This document shows positions 8,512-16,505 of a DNA stretch of 64,000 nt, one piece after another (position 1 is the first letter of the stretch; each line of letters starts with the position of its first letter). A program made the position numbers and the translations under genes. The stretch spans positions 14,600 through 78,599 of the IMG/VR virus record IMGVR_UViG_3300025295_000098; one strand, written 5' to 3'. Below the pieces are notes generated by a model. That model saw nothing but the letters and a program-made list of their open reading frames with translations, had not been told where the DNA came from and searched no databases. This stretch comes from a virus. Its lineage: Duplodnaviria; Caudoviricetes.

Positions 8512-9647
8512 TCGAAACCCGCTCCATCCTCGACGGCCGCTGCAAGATCTATGTCGGCGATTGCATCGAGGCTATGCGCTCTATGGCGGCGAACTCGATC
8601 GACTGTGTCGTTACGTCCCCGCCGTATTGGGGCCTTCGCGACTATGGCGTTGACGGCCAGATCGGCCTTGAACCAACGCTTGGCGAACACCTCGATGTGA
8701 TGGTCGCCGTCTTCCGCGAAATCCGCCGCGTCCTCAAGGCGCATGGCACGGTATGGATGAATTACGGCGATTGCTACGCCGCTCAGCCGAACGGGAAATC
8801 CGCGGCAGCATATAAGGCCGACGGCAGTGACGATCGGACGTTCCGGGATAAGCCGTTCTCGACCGTCGGGCCCATCTACGACCCAAACCATTCGAAAGCG
8901 AGAGGCGCCTTCTCGTCTGGCGATCGTCAGTCCCACATAGAGAGCGGCGGCCGAGTTGTCGCCGGCGGATTCATGAAGCCCAAGGATCTATGCATGATCC
9001 CGAACAGGCTCGCCATCGCTCTTCAAGATGATGGCTGGTGGGTCCGGTCCGAGATCATCTGGAACAAGACCAATCCTAAGCCCGAGTCGATCGACGATCG
9101 GCCTGCCGCCGTTCATGAGAAGATTTTTCTGCTCACCAAAAGCGAGCGGTATTTCTTCGACGCTGAATCGCTGAAGGAGCCGACGACCGGCAACGCTCAT
9201 GCTCGCCGCAGAGATGGTCAGTACAAGCCGGCCAAGGGCAGCACAGCAGGACAGAATAGGGAGGGAACGTGGGTTGAGACCTATGTCCCGGATCTCCGCA
9301 ATGGCCGGAACGTCTGGACCTTCAATATCGAGGGTTACCGCGGAGCCCACTTCGCCACATTCCCACGTGAACTAGCCCGTCGCTGCATCTTGGCTGGAAC
9401 ACCGAAGACGGTCTGTGGCTGCTGCGGCGCTGCTGAGGGCTGTGGCCCGATCTGCGAAACGTTCGAGCGTCTTCCCGGCGTAGTGCTTGATCCCTTTGGT
9501 GGCTCTGGAACAGTCGCGGTGGTTGCGGAGCAGTATGGCTATCGAAGCGCGTTGATCGAGCTGAAGCCAGAATATGCCGACATCGCGGAGCGCCGCATCA
9601 CCGGCGCGCCTGCCATCTCGCTCGAGAACGAAGAGGAGGCAGCATGA
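8508..9647 (+). CDS. Beta-class amino-DNA methyltransferase (SPPY, probably m4C)
   Basis: VTSPPYWGLRDY near N-terminus, VLDPFGGSGT near C-terminus. Confidence 0.93.
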   Translation: MIETRSILDGRCKIYVGDCIEAMRSMAANSIDCVVTSPPYWGLRDYGVDGQIGLEPTLGEHLDVMVAVFREIRRVLKAHGTVWMNYGDCYAAQPNGKSAAAYKADGSDDRTFRDKPFSTVGPIYDPNHSKARGAFSSGDRQSHIESGGRVVAGGFMKPKDLCMIPNRLAIALQDDGWWVRSEIIWNKTNPKPESIDDRPAAVHEKIFLLTKSERYFFDAESLKEPTTGNAHARRRDGQYKPAKGSTAGQNREGTWVETYVPDLRNGRNVWTFNIEGYRGAHFATFPRELARRCILAGTPKTVCGCCGAAEGCGPICETFERLPGVVLDPFGGSGTVAVVAEQYGYRSALIELKPEYADIAERRITGAPAISLENEEEAA

Positions 9648-9799
9648 CCTTCCTCGAAGCCTACGGCATCCACGGCCCAGACGTTGAGCGCATCGCCGAA
9701 GCCCTCGGCATCACGCCACCAGAGGCTGATCGCCTCATCAACGAAGCAATGGAGCGTCGGCACCAGCAGCGCGTCCGGCGCAGTTTGAGGCGCGCATGA
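9644..9799 (+). CDS. Small hypothetical protein, 51 aa
   Basis: ATGA-coupled on both sides, GAGGAGG RBS. Confidence 0.55.
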   Translation: MTFLEAYGIHGPDVERIAEALGITPPEADRLINEAMERRHQQRVRRSLRRA

Positions 9800-10674
9800 C
9801 AAACCCGTACAAAATCGATGGCCCAGCGCTGATCTCCTTCTCCGGCGGACGCACCTCGGCGTACATGCTCTATCAGATCCTGCAGGCGCATGGTGGCGTC
9901 CTCCCTGATGATGTTGTCGTCTGCTTTGCCAACACCGGCAAGGAGCGTGAGGAAACGCTTCGCTTCGTGCATGAGTGTGGCAGCAGGTGGAACGTCAGGA
10001 TCAACTGGCTGGAATTCCGCCTTGGAAAGCCAGGGTTTGAGGAAGTCGGCTTCAACAGCGCCTCCCGTGAGGGAGAACCTTTCGAGCAGCTGATCGCATG
10101 GAAGCAGCGCCTTCCGAACGGCCATGAGCGCTGGTGCACGTCATTCCTTAAGGTGCTGCCGATGTTTGCCAAGATGCGCGATAAGCTCGGGCTTGAGCCT
10201 GGGCAGTATCTCGAATGCATCGGGCTTCGGGATGACGAAGGTCTCCGGATATTCAACGCGATGGCGCAGGGTGAAAAATACGGCCGCCGTATTTTTCACC
10301 CTCTCGCCAAGGCAAAGGTTCGCAAACCGGACATTTGGAAATTCTGGCTTGGCGATAATCGCGATCCGAAGAGCCTTGTCCACCCATTGCCACAGGGCTT
10401 CGATCTCGGTCTCTATCCTTGGGAGGGAAATTGCGACCTCTGCTTCCAAAAGGGCAAAGGCATTCGCAAGCGGTATATCCGCGAAAACCCGAAGTCGCCG
10501 CATTGGTGGTCTCGTCAGGAGGTCACGCAAAATGGATGGTTCGACAAGCGCGACACGGTCGCCGAACTTATGGAGCAGGTCTGGTTTTCACCGAGCTTCT
10601 TCGACGCCGAATCCGACGATGACATGGAATACGATGTCGAGTGCGGCCTTCACTGCTCGGGAGAAGCCGCATGA
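9796..10674 (+). CDS. PAPS-reductase family (PP-loop adenine nucleotide alpha-hydrolase) protein
   Basis: ISFSGGRTSAYM PP-loop, FANTGKE, CT..LK, NCDLCF. Confidence 0.85.
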   Translation: MTNPYKIDGPALISFSGGRTSAYMLYQILQAHGGVLPDDVVVCFANTGKEREETLRFVHECGSRWNVRINWLEFRLGKPGFEEVGFNSASREGEPFEQLIAWKQRLPNGHERWCTSFLKVLPMFAKMRDKLGLEPGQYLECIGLRDDEGLRIFNAMAQGEKYGRRIFHPLAKAKVRKPDIWKFWLGDNRDPKSLVHPLPQGFDLGLYPWEGNCDLCFQKGKGIRKRYIRENPKSPHWWSRQEVTQNGWFDKRDTVAELMEQVWFSPSFFDAESDDDMEYDVECGLHCSGEAA

Positions 10675-11039
10675 CGCGTGTTGTCTCCTTCGAACTTCCC
10701 ATGCCGCCGTCGGTAAACAAAATGTATTCGAACCTTCCAGGCAAAGGCCGTGTGAAGACGAAGGAAGCTCGTCAGTGGGCATTTGAAGCCGGCTGGATGC
10801 TTATCGCTCAACGAAACCGCCTTGGCTCTCACAGGTGCTTTCTCGGTCCAGTCGAGGTCCATGTTGCTGCTTATCGCCCAGCCAGCAAGCGCAGGGACTT
10901 GGACAACATCCTGAAAGCATTGCTGGATTTACTCACCTCAACGAAGACGATCGGCGATGATAGCCAGGTCGTCGCCATCAATGCGAGATGGGTGGAAGAG
11001 GGCGTTCCCTGCACTGTGACGGTGAGGGATGCCGCATGA
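10671..11039 (+). CDS. rusA: RusA-family Holliday junction resolvase
   Basis: PPSVN, RRDLDNILKALLDLL, DDSQV motifs. Confidence 0.92.
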   Translation: MTRVVSFELPMPPSVNKMYSNLPGKGRVKTKEARQWAFEAGWMLIAQRNRLGSHRCFLGPVEVHVAAYRPASKRRDLDNILKALLDLLTSTKTIGDDSQVVAINARWVEEGVPCTVTVRDAA

Positions 11040-11791
11040 GCAACGATTGGTTCCGTTCATGGCATGGTGCGCCAACCGATCCGAAATGGCTCGGGATAGC
11101 CCGCCGCGCCGGTGTCGCTCCTGGTATCGCCGTTGCGGTCGCGTGGGCTCTCATGGACCGCGCCTCACAGGCATCGGATCGAGGATCGATCAAGGGCTAT
11201 GACGCCGAGGGATTGGCCTACTTCTATGGATGCGAGCCTGAGCAGGTAGAGGCCATCGTCGCCGCAATGGCTGACAAAGGCATGATCTCCGACGGGAGAT
11301 TCTCCAGCTGGGAAAAGCGGCAGCCGAAGCGCGAAGATGGCGCTGCCGAACGCGCGAGAGAATGGCGCGAACGCAAACGAACGCAAACGAACGCATCTGC
11401 AACAACAGATACAGAGACAGATACAGATCCTTCGGAAGACGCGGGCGCGCCAGAGAACGATCTTCAATTCGAAGAATTTTGGGATGCCTACCCGAACAAG
11501 ACCGGCAGGCCATCGGCCGAGAAAGCCTTCTCCCAAGCCGTCAAGCGCGCCAGCTTCGACGAGATCATGACCGGTGTCCGAACCTATGCCGCCAAGACCG
11601 ACGATCGGCAGTGGTGCTCGCCGGTGAAGTGGCTCTCCGATGACCGCTGGAAAGACCAGCCCGCCAAGCCGCCCGACAAGGGGACGCCTACGAAGCTGAA
11701 CGGGACCGGCTTCACCCACCTGCAGAAATTTCAATCCCGAGAAGAGTACCTAGCCGCCGAAAAGGCGAGATCTGAGCGGAGTTTCCGATGA
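11036..11791 (+). CDS. Phage replication initiator
   Basis: WFRSWHG..DPKW N-term HTH, WEKRQPKRED linker, FEEFWDAYP C-terminal domain. Confidence 0.8.
   Translation: MSNDWFRSWHGAPTDPKWLGIARRAGVAPGIAVAVAWALMDRASQASDRGSIKGYDAEGLAYFYGCEPEQVEAIVAAMADKGMISDGRFSSWEKRQPKREDGAAERAREWRERKRTQTNASATTDTETDTDPSEDAGAPENDLQFEEFWDAYPNKTGRPSAEKAFSQAVKRASFDEIMTGVRTYAAKTDDRQWCSPVKWLSDDRWKDQPAKPPDKGTPTKLNGTGFTHLQKFQSREEYLAAEKARSERSFR
11347..11429 (+). repeat. Iteron-like repeats inside initiator gene (candidate origin)
   Basis: CGAACGC at 11347, 11368, 11378, 11388 (10-bp period) followed by CAGA(T/G)A/C x4 at 11406-11429. Confidence 0.6.
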
Positions 11792-12330
11792 ACGTCCTAG
11801 CAAGAGATATCCGAGCCAAGCTCATGAACCCGCCGGTGAAGATCACCCGCGAACAGGTCATGGATCTGCAACAGCGCAACCGCAATCTAGCGGCCAAAAT
11901 CATCATGCTCGAAGAGGCAAACAAGGCCAAACAGGAGGTGATCGATACCCTCCTCACAGACCTTCGAAGCGAGCGAGATTTCACAAAATCGCTCGAGTTA
12001 CGGATGCGGGCGATGGATGAGGACGAATCCGGATCAGTCGATGACAAGCCGTCGATCAAGAGCATCGTCCGCGAAGAGCTGAAGGATTGGCCAGGCGTCA
12101 CCTGGGCGCAGGTCAAGGGCGGCCGTAAGCCCTGGCATGTTGTGCAGGCTCGGCGGCAGTGCTTGCAGGCTGTTTATCAGAAGCGCCCTGATCTGACGCT
12201 GCAGGAGATCGGCCGCATCTTCAACAAGGACCATTCTACTGTCTGCTATGCCGTCTATCAGGGCAACCAAGTCCTCAAGAAAATGGAGCTCAATCGGCAG
12301 CGGAAAGCCGCTGAGCGAGGTGAAGTATGA
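11788..12330 (+). CDS. DnaA C-terminal-like HTH protein
   Basis: VQARRQC...LTLQEIGRIFNKDHSTVCYAV matches DnaA domain IV. Confidence 0.75.
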   Translation: MNVLARDIRAKLMNPPVKITREQVMDLQQRNRNLAAKIIMLEEANKAKQEVIDTLLTDLRSERDFTKSLELRMRAMDEDESGSVDDKPSIKSIVREELKDWPGVTWAQVKGGRKPWHVVQARRQCLQAVYQKRPDLTLQEIGRIFNKDHSTVCYAVYQGNQVLKKMELNRQRKAAERGEV

Positions 12331-12818
12331 GCAGGAGACCTCGCCTCTATCTCGATCTCGACGGTGTCATGGCCGACTTCGATGCTCACTTCCCGGCCCT
12401 ATTCGGCGTGGACCACCGGAATATGCTCGACGATGATATGTGGGCTAAGATCAACGGGCACCCGAGCTACTTCCGGGATATGCCTCAGTGCCCTGGCGCG
12501 AAAGAGTTCTTCGACCGCATATCATGGCTTAAGCCGATCATCCTTACGGCCTGCCCGAAATCGAACTATGCGCACGTCGCCCGCCAGAAGCGGGAATGGG
12601 TGAGGGAGCACCTGTCATCCACCTGCCACATCCTGCCGGTCATGGGCGGCCGGAACAAGCCGCTCTTCATGCATTCGCCCGGCGACATCCTCGTCGACGA
12701 CTTCGAGCGAAACATCAAGGCTTGGCGCGAGGAAGGCGGGTTCGGGATCCTGCACACTGACTTCACATCGTCCAGAGATGCGATCGAACGCGAAATGGTT
12801 AGGAGTGCTGCGGCATGA
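12327..12818 (+). CDS. HAD-family 5'(3')-deoxyribonucleotidase-like protein
   Basis: LYLDLDGVMADF, ILTACP, DILVDD motifs. Confidence 0.85.
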   Translation: MSRRPRLYLDLDGVMADFDAHFPALFGVDHRNMLDDDMWAKINGHPSYFRDMPQCPGAKEFFDRISWLKPIILTACPKSNYAHVARQKREWVREHLSSTCHILPVMGGRNKPLFMHSPGDILVDDFERNIKAWREEGGFGILHTDFTSSRDAIEREMVRSAAA

Positions 12819-13279
12819 CCCGTCTAGCTCGCGTCGACATGGATGCCGTCGCTCCGCTCTATCCTAGCGACAAGGTCGCCGGCCGGGTAGCGGCAAGGGG
12901 AGAGCATTTCGATTGGCAGCCAAACCAGGCCACCAAGGTCCATTCGTCTGATCCGCTTGCCGTCCGTCGCCCTACGGAAAACGAACTGTCGAGGCCTGAA
13001 TACACGGATCTGACGGGCGCTAAGATCGGCCGGCTGACCGTGGTGGGCGTTGCAGCGGAGATAATAGGCAACGGCCAGAAGTGGGTAGTGCGCTGCGTCT
13101 GCGGATCATACGAGACCCGCAAGGCCAGGTACATCAAGGCCTGTGTCGCCGGCAACAATCCGGGAAGCAGCGATCCGATGTGCGACGCGTGCGGCTATAC
13201 CCGGAAGCTTCAGCTTGGCTACCACAACCCCAAAAAGGCGGCCGCGGCGGCGCAAGCGATCATGGAGGCGGCTCGATGA
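12815..13279 (+). CDS. Hypothetical protein with DLTG..GRLTV / CxCG motif
   Basis: Motif typical of N-termini of HNH/AP2 phage proteins; extra CxxC. Confidence 0.65.
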   Translation: MTRLARVDMDAVAPLYPSDKVAGRVAARGEHFDWQPNQATKVHSSDPLAVRRPTENELSRPEYTDLTGAKIGRLTVVGVAAEIIGNGQKWVVRCVCGSYETRKARYIKACVAGNNPGSSDPMCDACGYTRKLQLGYHNPKKAAAAAQAIMEAAR

Positions 13280-13788
13280 GCGATCTTCTCATGACGAGAC
13301 GCGTCGTGTTCTCGGATTGTGGCCTTTACCGCTATCTCCTTGAGCACGACTTCGGCGGGACCGGTCCGGTTATCTCGATCGGGATGGTCAACCCATCCAG
13401 CGCGGATGAGGAAAAGAACGATCCTACCATGACGAAGATCGACGGCTTCGCCGCGCACCTCGGCGCCAGCAAGGTGAAGGTCTGGAACAAGTGCGCGTTG
13501 CGCAACAAGGACGTGAAGGCGCTCCGCGCGGCAGCTGACCCGATCGGGCCGGAAAATGACGCCTACATCGAGCAGGCGATCCGCGATGCAGATATTCACA
13601 TCGTCGCATGGGGACCGCTTGCCAAGCTTCCGCGACCTCTCCGCAACCGATGGCGCGATGTCGTGGATGTCATGACCCGCGCTGGCTGCCGGCCGATGTG
13701 CTGGGGCACTGCCGGCGACGGGCAGCCGCGCCACCCGCTGATGGTCGCCTACGCCACGCCCCTAGGCCCATGGGAGGCGCCACGGTGA
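13276..13788 (+). CDS. DUF1643-family protein
   Basis: FSDCGLYRY.L, IGMVNPSSADEEKNDPT, AWG, PRHPL. Confidence 0.85.
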   Translation: MSDLLMTRRVVFSDCGLYRYLLEHDFGGTGPVISIGMVNPSSADEEKNDPTMTKIDGFAAHLGASKVKVWNKCALRNKDVKALRAAADPIGPENDAYIEQAIRDADIHIVAWGPLAKLPRPLRNRWRDVVDVMTRAGCRPMCWGTAGDGQPRHPLMVAYATPLGPWEAPR

Positions 13789-14006
13789 CAGACATTCCCG
13801 TCGACGAAATCAAGATCGAGGTCTGGCCCATCTCCGGCATTCACGAACGAGGCGGCCAGCATGTTGGAACCTGCCCGGGTGTGCGCATTACGCATCTTCC
13901 GAGCGGCATCCATGCTTACGTCGATATCGGCCGATCCCAACACATCAACAAGACCATCGCAATGGACATGATCCTCGCGGCGATCACTCATCCGAAATTC
14001 CGATAA
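13785..14006 (+). CDS. Stand-alone class-1 release factor GGQ (peptidyl-tRNA hydrolase) domain, 73 aa
   Basis: GTG start after GGAGG; EIKIEVW..SG..RGGQHV...GVRITHLPSGI......RSQHINK.IAM.MI aligns with RF1/RF2 domain 3. Confidence 0.8.
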   Translation: MTDIPVDEIKIEVWPISGIHERGGQHVGTCPGVRITHLPSGIHAYVDIGRSQHINKTIAMDMILAAITHPKFR

Positions 14007-14031
14007 TCCGAGCGGCGGCTCATGAGAGGAA

Positions 14032-14724
14032 ATGAAAATGGCGGCACTGGCATTGCAAGAGCAGGACACACGAGATTTCGCTGATATAGTCGCGCAACGG
14101 CGGAAGCGGCTTATCGGCCGAGATTGGTACGCGATCCGGACTGCCCCCGGCACACAGCGAATGGCCCGACATGTCGAAGACGCTCCGATCCATCGTATCG
14201 GAGAGAGCATCATCGAGCGCAATCTCCGCAACGAGGGGATCAGCGTCTACATGCCGGCGTATTGGTACGAGGGCATTCACCACCGCAACCGGAAGGTCAT
14301 CCAGCGTCGTCTGCCGCTGTTGGTCGGATATGCGTTCGTGAACCTCGAAAACCTGAATTTCGAGAGGGTGCGCGACGTCGACGGCGTGGTGTGTTTCCTC
14401 CGGTCCGAGTTCGGTCCGCTCCGGTTCAGTGGAGACGATCTTGCCGTCATCGCTGCCGAAGAGTTGACGCGGCGTCAGGAGTTCCGGCGCGAACGGATCA
14501 CCCGAATCCAAAATGAAACCGCCGGACAGGCCATGCAGCTCCGCGGCAATCTCCGCAAGATCCTGCCGAAGGGCAGGGGCAATCGCATCAACCTCAAGGA
14601 TCAAGCTCTCCTCACCATCAAGGACTTGAAACCGGAGATGCAGAGCAAAGTCATGGGGATGTTGCTCCAATTGGAGCAGTTAGAGGCATATGAGGGGCTT
14701 GAAACCATAGATCGTGTTGCGTAA
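14032..14724 (+). CDS. NusG-family (NGN) transcription antiterminator
   Basis: WYAIRTAPG, VYMP, RLPLLVGYAFV, VRDVDGVVCFL; no KOW domain recognisable. Confidence 0.85.
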   Translation: MKMAALALQEQDTRDFADIVAQRRKRLIGRDWYAIRTAPGTQRMARHVEDAPIHRIGESIIERNLRNEGISVYMPAYWYEGIHHRNRKVIQRRLPLLVGYAFVNLENLNFERVRDVDGVVCFLRSEFGPLRFSGDDLAVIAAEELTRRQEFRRERITRIQNETAGQAMQLRGNLRKILPKGRGNRINLKDQALLTIKDLKPEMQSKVMGMLLQLEQLEAYEGLETIDRVA

Positions 14725-14727
14725 TAT
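14699..14727 (+). promoter_or_regulatory. Candidate late promoter
   Basis: TTGAAA-N17-TAATAT overlapping the antiterminator stop codon. Confidence 0.6.
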
Positions 14728-14818
14728 CGTCAGTGATTTGCGGTGTTCTGTTCGCGGACCCATCTGATGGGGAATACCCTGCCGGCCGCTTGTCTCTCAA
14801 AAGCATCACTTATGCTCA

Positions 14819-15631
14819 TTGGAGAAATGCGCCTTGGCGTTCATCGTTGATGGTGTAGCCCACATCCCTCTTCAGAAATCGAAAGGCCGCAAGCGGATGT
14901 TTGCGCTTATCGACGAGGAGGATTACGACCGCGTGTCTCGTTTAAAGTGGTACGCGGTCGCTTCGGGGAAGACCTTTTACGCTAGAGCCACCAGCGGTAT
15001 CCTGTCGGCCCATCTGTATGGGATGCATTCCTATGTCATGCGGGCCCAAAAAGGGCAGCGCGTAGACCACGAAAACGGGAACGGCCTCGACAACCGGAAG
15101 GCCAATCTCCGCAAAGCCACGCCCGCCCAAAACACGTGGAATTCCTTCAAGCGCAGCGACCCGTGCAGTTCGAAGTTCAAAGGCGTCATCCTCACGAGTT
15201 CGGGGAAATGGGCAGCATCCATCACTCGAAACGGTGATCATCAGGTAATCGGGCTGTTTGACGATGAAGCCGAAGCAGCCCGCGCCTATGATGAAAAGGC
15301 GTTAGTGCTGTTCGGCGAGTTCGCTAAGACCAATGACGCCATGGGCTTATTCGAGAGCGATCAGGCAAGCCGGGTCACGGCATCGGACATGATGTTTGAC
15401 CCGCGATCGATCGGCGATTTCAAAGCGGCGACGCCCGGCCAAATTTTCGACGGCAATGAAAACGTTGGAGACCGCGCTGCCGTCGGGATCGTGATCGGCC
15501 TTTGCAAGCACCCTCGCACGCGTCAAACCATGTATCGGCTCGATACAGGCGCCAAGGTGCATATGGATGCTTACATGGGTCGGCATCCATCAATCGAGGA
15601 AATGGCTCTCTTTCGCGCCAGCCAAAATTGA
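14819..15631 (+). CDS. HNH endonuclease with AP2 domain
   Basis: VDHENGNGLDNRKANLR; SKFKGV...KWAASI...IGLFDDEAEAARAYD; start uncertain. Confidence 0.88.
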   Translation: MEKCALAFIVDGVAHIPLQKSKGRKRMFALIDEEDYDRVSRLKWYAVASGKTFYARATSGILSAHLYGMHSYVMRAQKGQRVDHENGNGLDNRKANLRKATPAQNTWNSFKRSDPCSSKFKGVILTSSGKWAASITRNGDHQVIGLFDDEAEAARAYDEKALVLFGEFAKTNDAMGLFESDQASRVTASDMMFDPRSIGDFKAATPGQIFDGNENVGDRAAVGIVIGLCKHPRTRQTMYRLDTGAKVHMDAYMGRHPSIEEMALFRASQN

Positions 15632-15640
15632 ATTGTTTCA

Positions 15641-15718
15641 TGTCGGAGTAGAGCAGCCCGGTAGCTCGCTTGGCTCATAACCAAGAGGCCGCAGGTTCGA
15701 ATCCTGCCTCCGCAACCA
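15641..15718 (+). tRNA. tRNA-Met(CAT), initiator-like, with irregular acceptor stem
   Basis: D arm GAGC/GCTC, anticodon arm CTTGG-CTCATAA-CCAAG, T arm GCAGG-TTCGAAT-CCTGC, ends ACCA; extra T in 5' acceptor strand. Confidence 0.85.
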
Positions 15719-15959
15719 GTTCCCAGAGGGGCCAAACGAACAAGCTGATGAGTTCAGCCACTGTCGTGGAGACGGTGCGATGTGTTCGGGCCCCGCATCC
15801 CCAGAAGCCGTTCGCCGGATAGTCCACGTAACCGGAAAGAAGGATTGCGGACCAGCCAGCCGCCATCCGAGGCACCAGAGCACCCAAGCCCGCCGTAAGC
15901 TCTCGGGGCGCAAACGAGAGGCGGAGGTCTGCAAGCCTCCACAGCCAATCACGCCCGTC

Positions 15960-15994
15960 GCCCGCTTAGCCGCGGTTGGCGGGTTTTCCATTTT
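15960..15994 (+). terminator. Possible intrinsic terminator
   Basis: CCCGC...GCGGG followed by TTTTCCATTTT. Confidence 0.45.
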
Positions 15995-16009
15995 CTGAGA
16001 GGCTCTCCA

Positions 16010-16450
16010 ATGTCAGACGAGCATATGTGCCCGCGCCGCGCCGAAGGGCCGACTTTCACCTCTGGGCCTGACACCTGGCGTGAGGACGGATCGTGCTCAT
16101 ACTGCGGCAGCCTGAATCCCGATACCCTCATGGCGCGCCTTGAGGCTGGTGATGTAAGGCTTGACCCGACGGATAAGACCTACAAGGTCTATTGCGAGAA
16201 CGCCGGCGGTGAGCAGTTCAAACAGACCTATCGCAATTGCCCAAGCGATGCGAATTGCAAGGGGCCTGACGATTGCTCCCACTGGGTGACGCGGGAGCGT
16301 AGCGGCACAAAGTTCTATTTCCAGCATTTGAGCGAAGACCAGAGAAAGCGGTTCGTCGACCTTCTCAACGCGAAAAAAGTCATGCTCGGCTACCCTGGAT
16401 ACTTCTACGTCCCGCCGTTCTTTATTCAGTTCAAGGCGCCGGCGGCGTGA
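16010..16450 (+). CDS. Hypothetical Cys-rich phage protein
   Basis: GAGG RBS; CSYCGS motif. Confidence 0.75.
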   Translation: MSDEHMCPRRAEGPTFTSGPDTWREDGSCSYCGSLNPDTLMARLEAGDVRLDPTDKTYKVYCENAGGEQFKQTYRNCPSDANCKGPDDCSHWVTRERSGTKFYFQHLSEDQRKRFVDLLNAKKVMLGYPGYFYVPPFFIQFKAPAA

Positions 16451-16505
16451 TCCTCTGGCGATCCCCATCCGCCTTCGCGATCGATAATCATCAAGGACGA
16501 TAGAG

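Noticed and set aside
5233-9647. Complete restriction-modification system
   Set aside because: No restriction endonuclease is associated; the MTases are orphan, as is usual in phages
9796-10674. Dnd/Ssp phosphorothioation system
   Set aside because: Only a PP-loop/PAPS-reductase-family gene is present; no DndA, DndD, DndE or Ssp partners in the window
11368-11395. GAAC repeats as LexA boxes
   Set aside because: Spacing is N6 (10-bp period) rather than N7, and they lie mid-gene; iterons fit better
15744-15840. CTGATGAG as a hammerhead ribozyme core
   Set aside because: No properly placed stem II and CGAAA; the motif sits inside a simple GCTGA/TCAGC hairpin
15638-15998. ORFs overlapping the tRNA-Met region
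   Set aside because: They are translations of the tRNA and structured RNA sequence; no protein motifs
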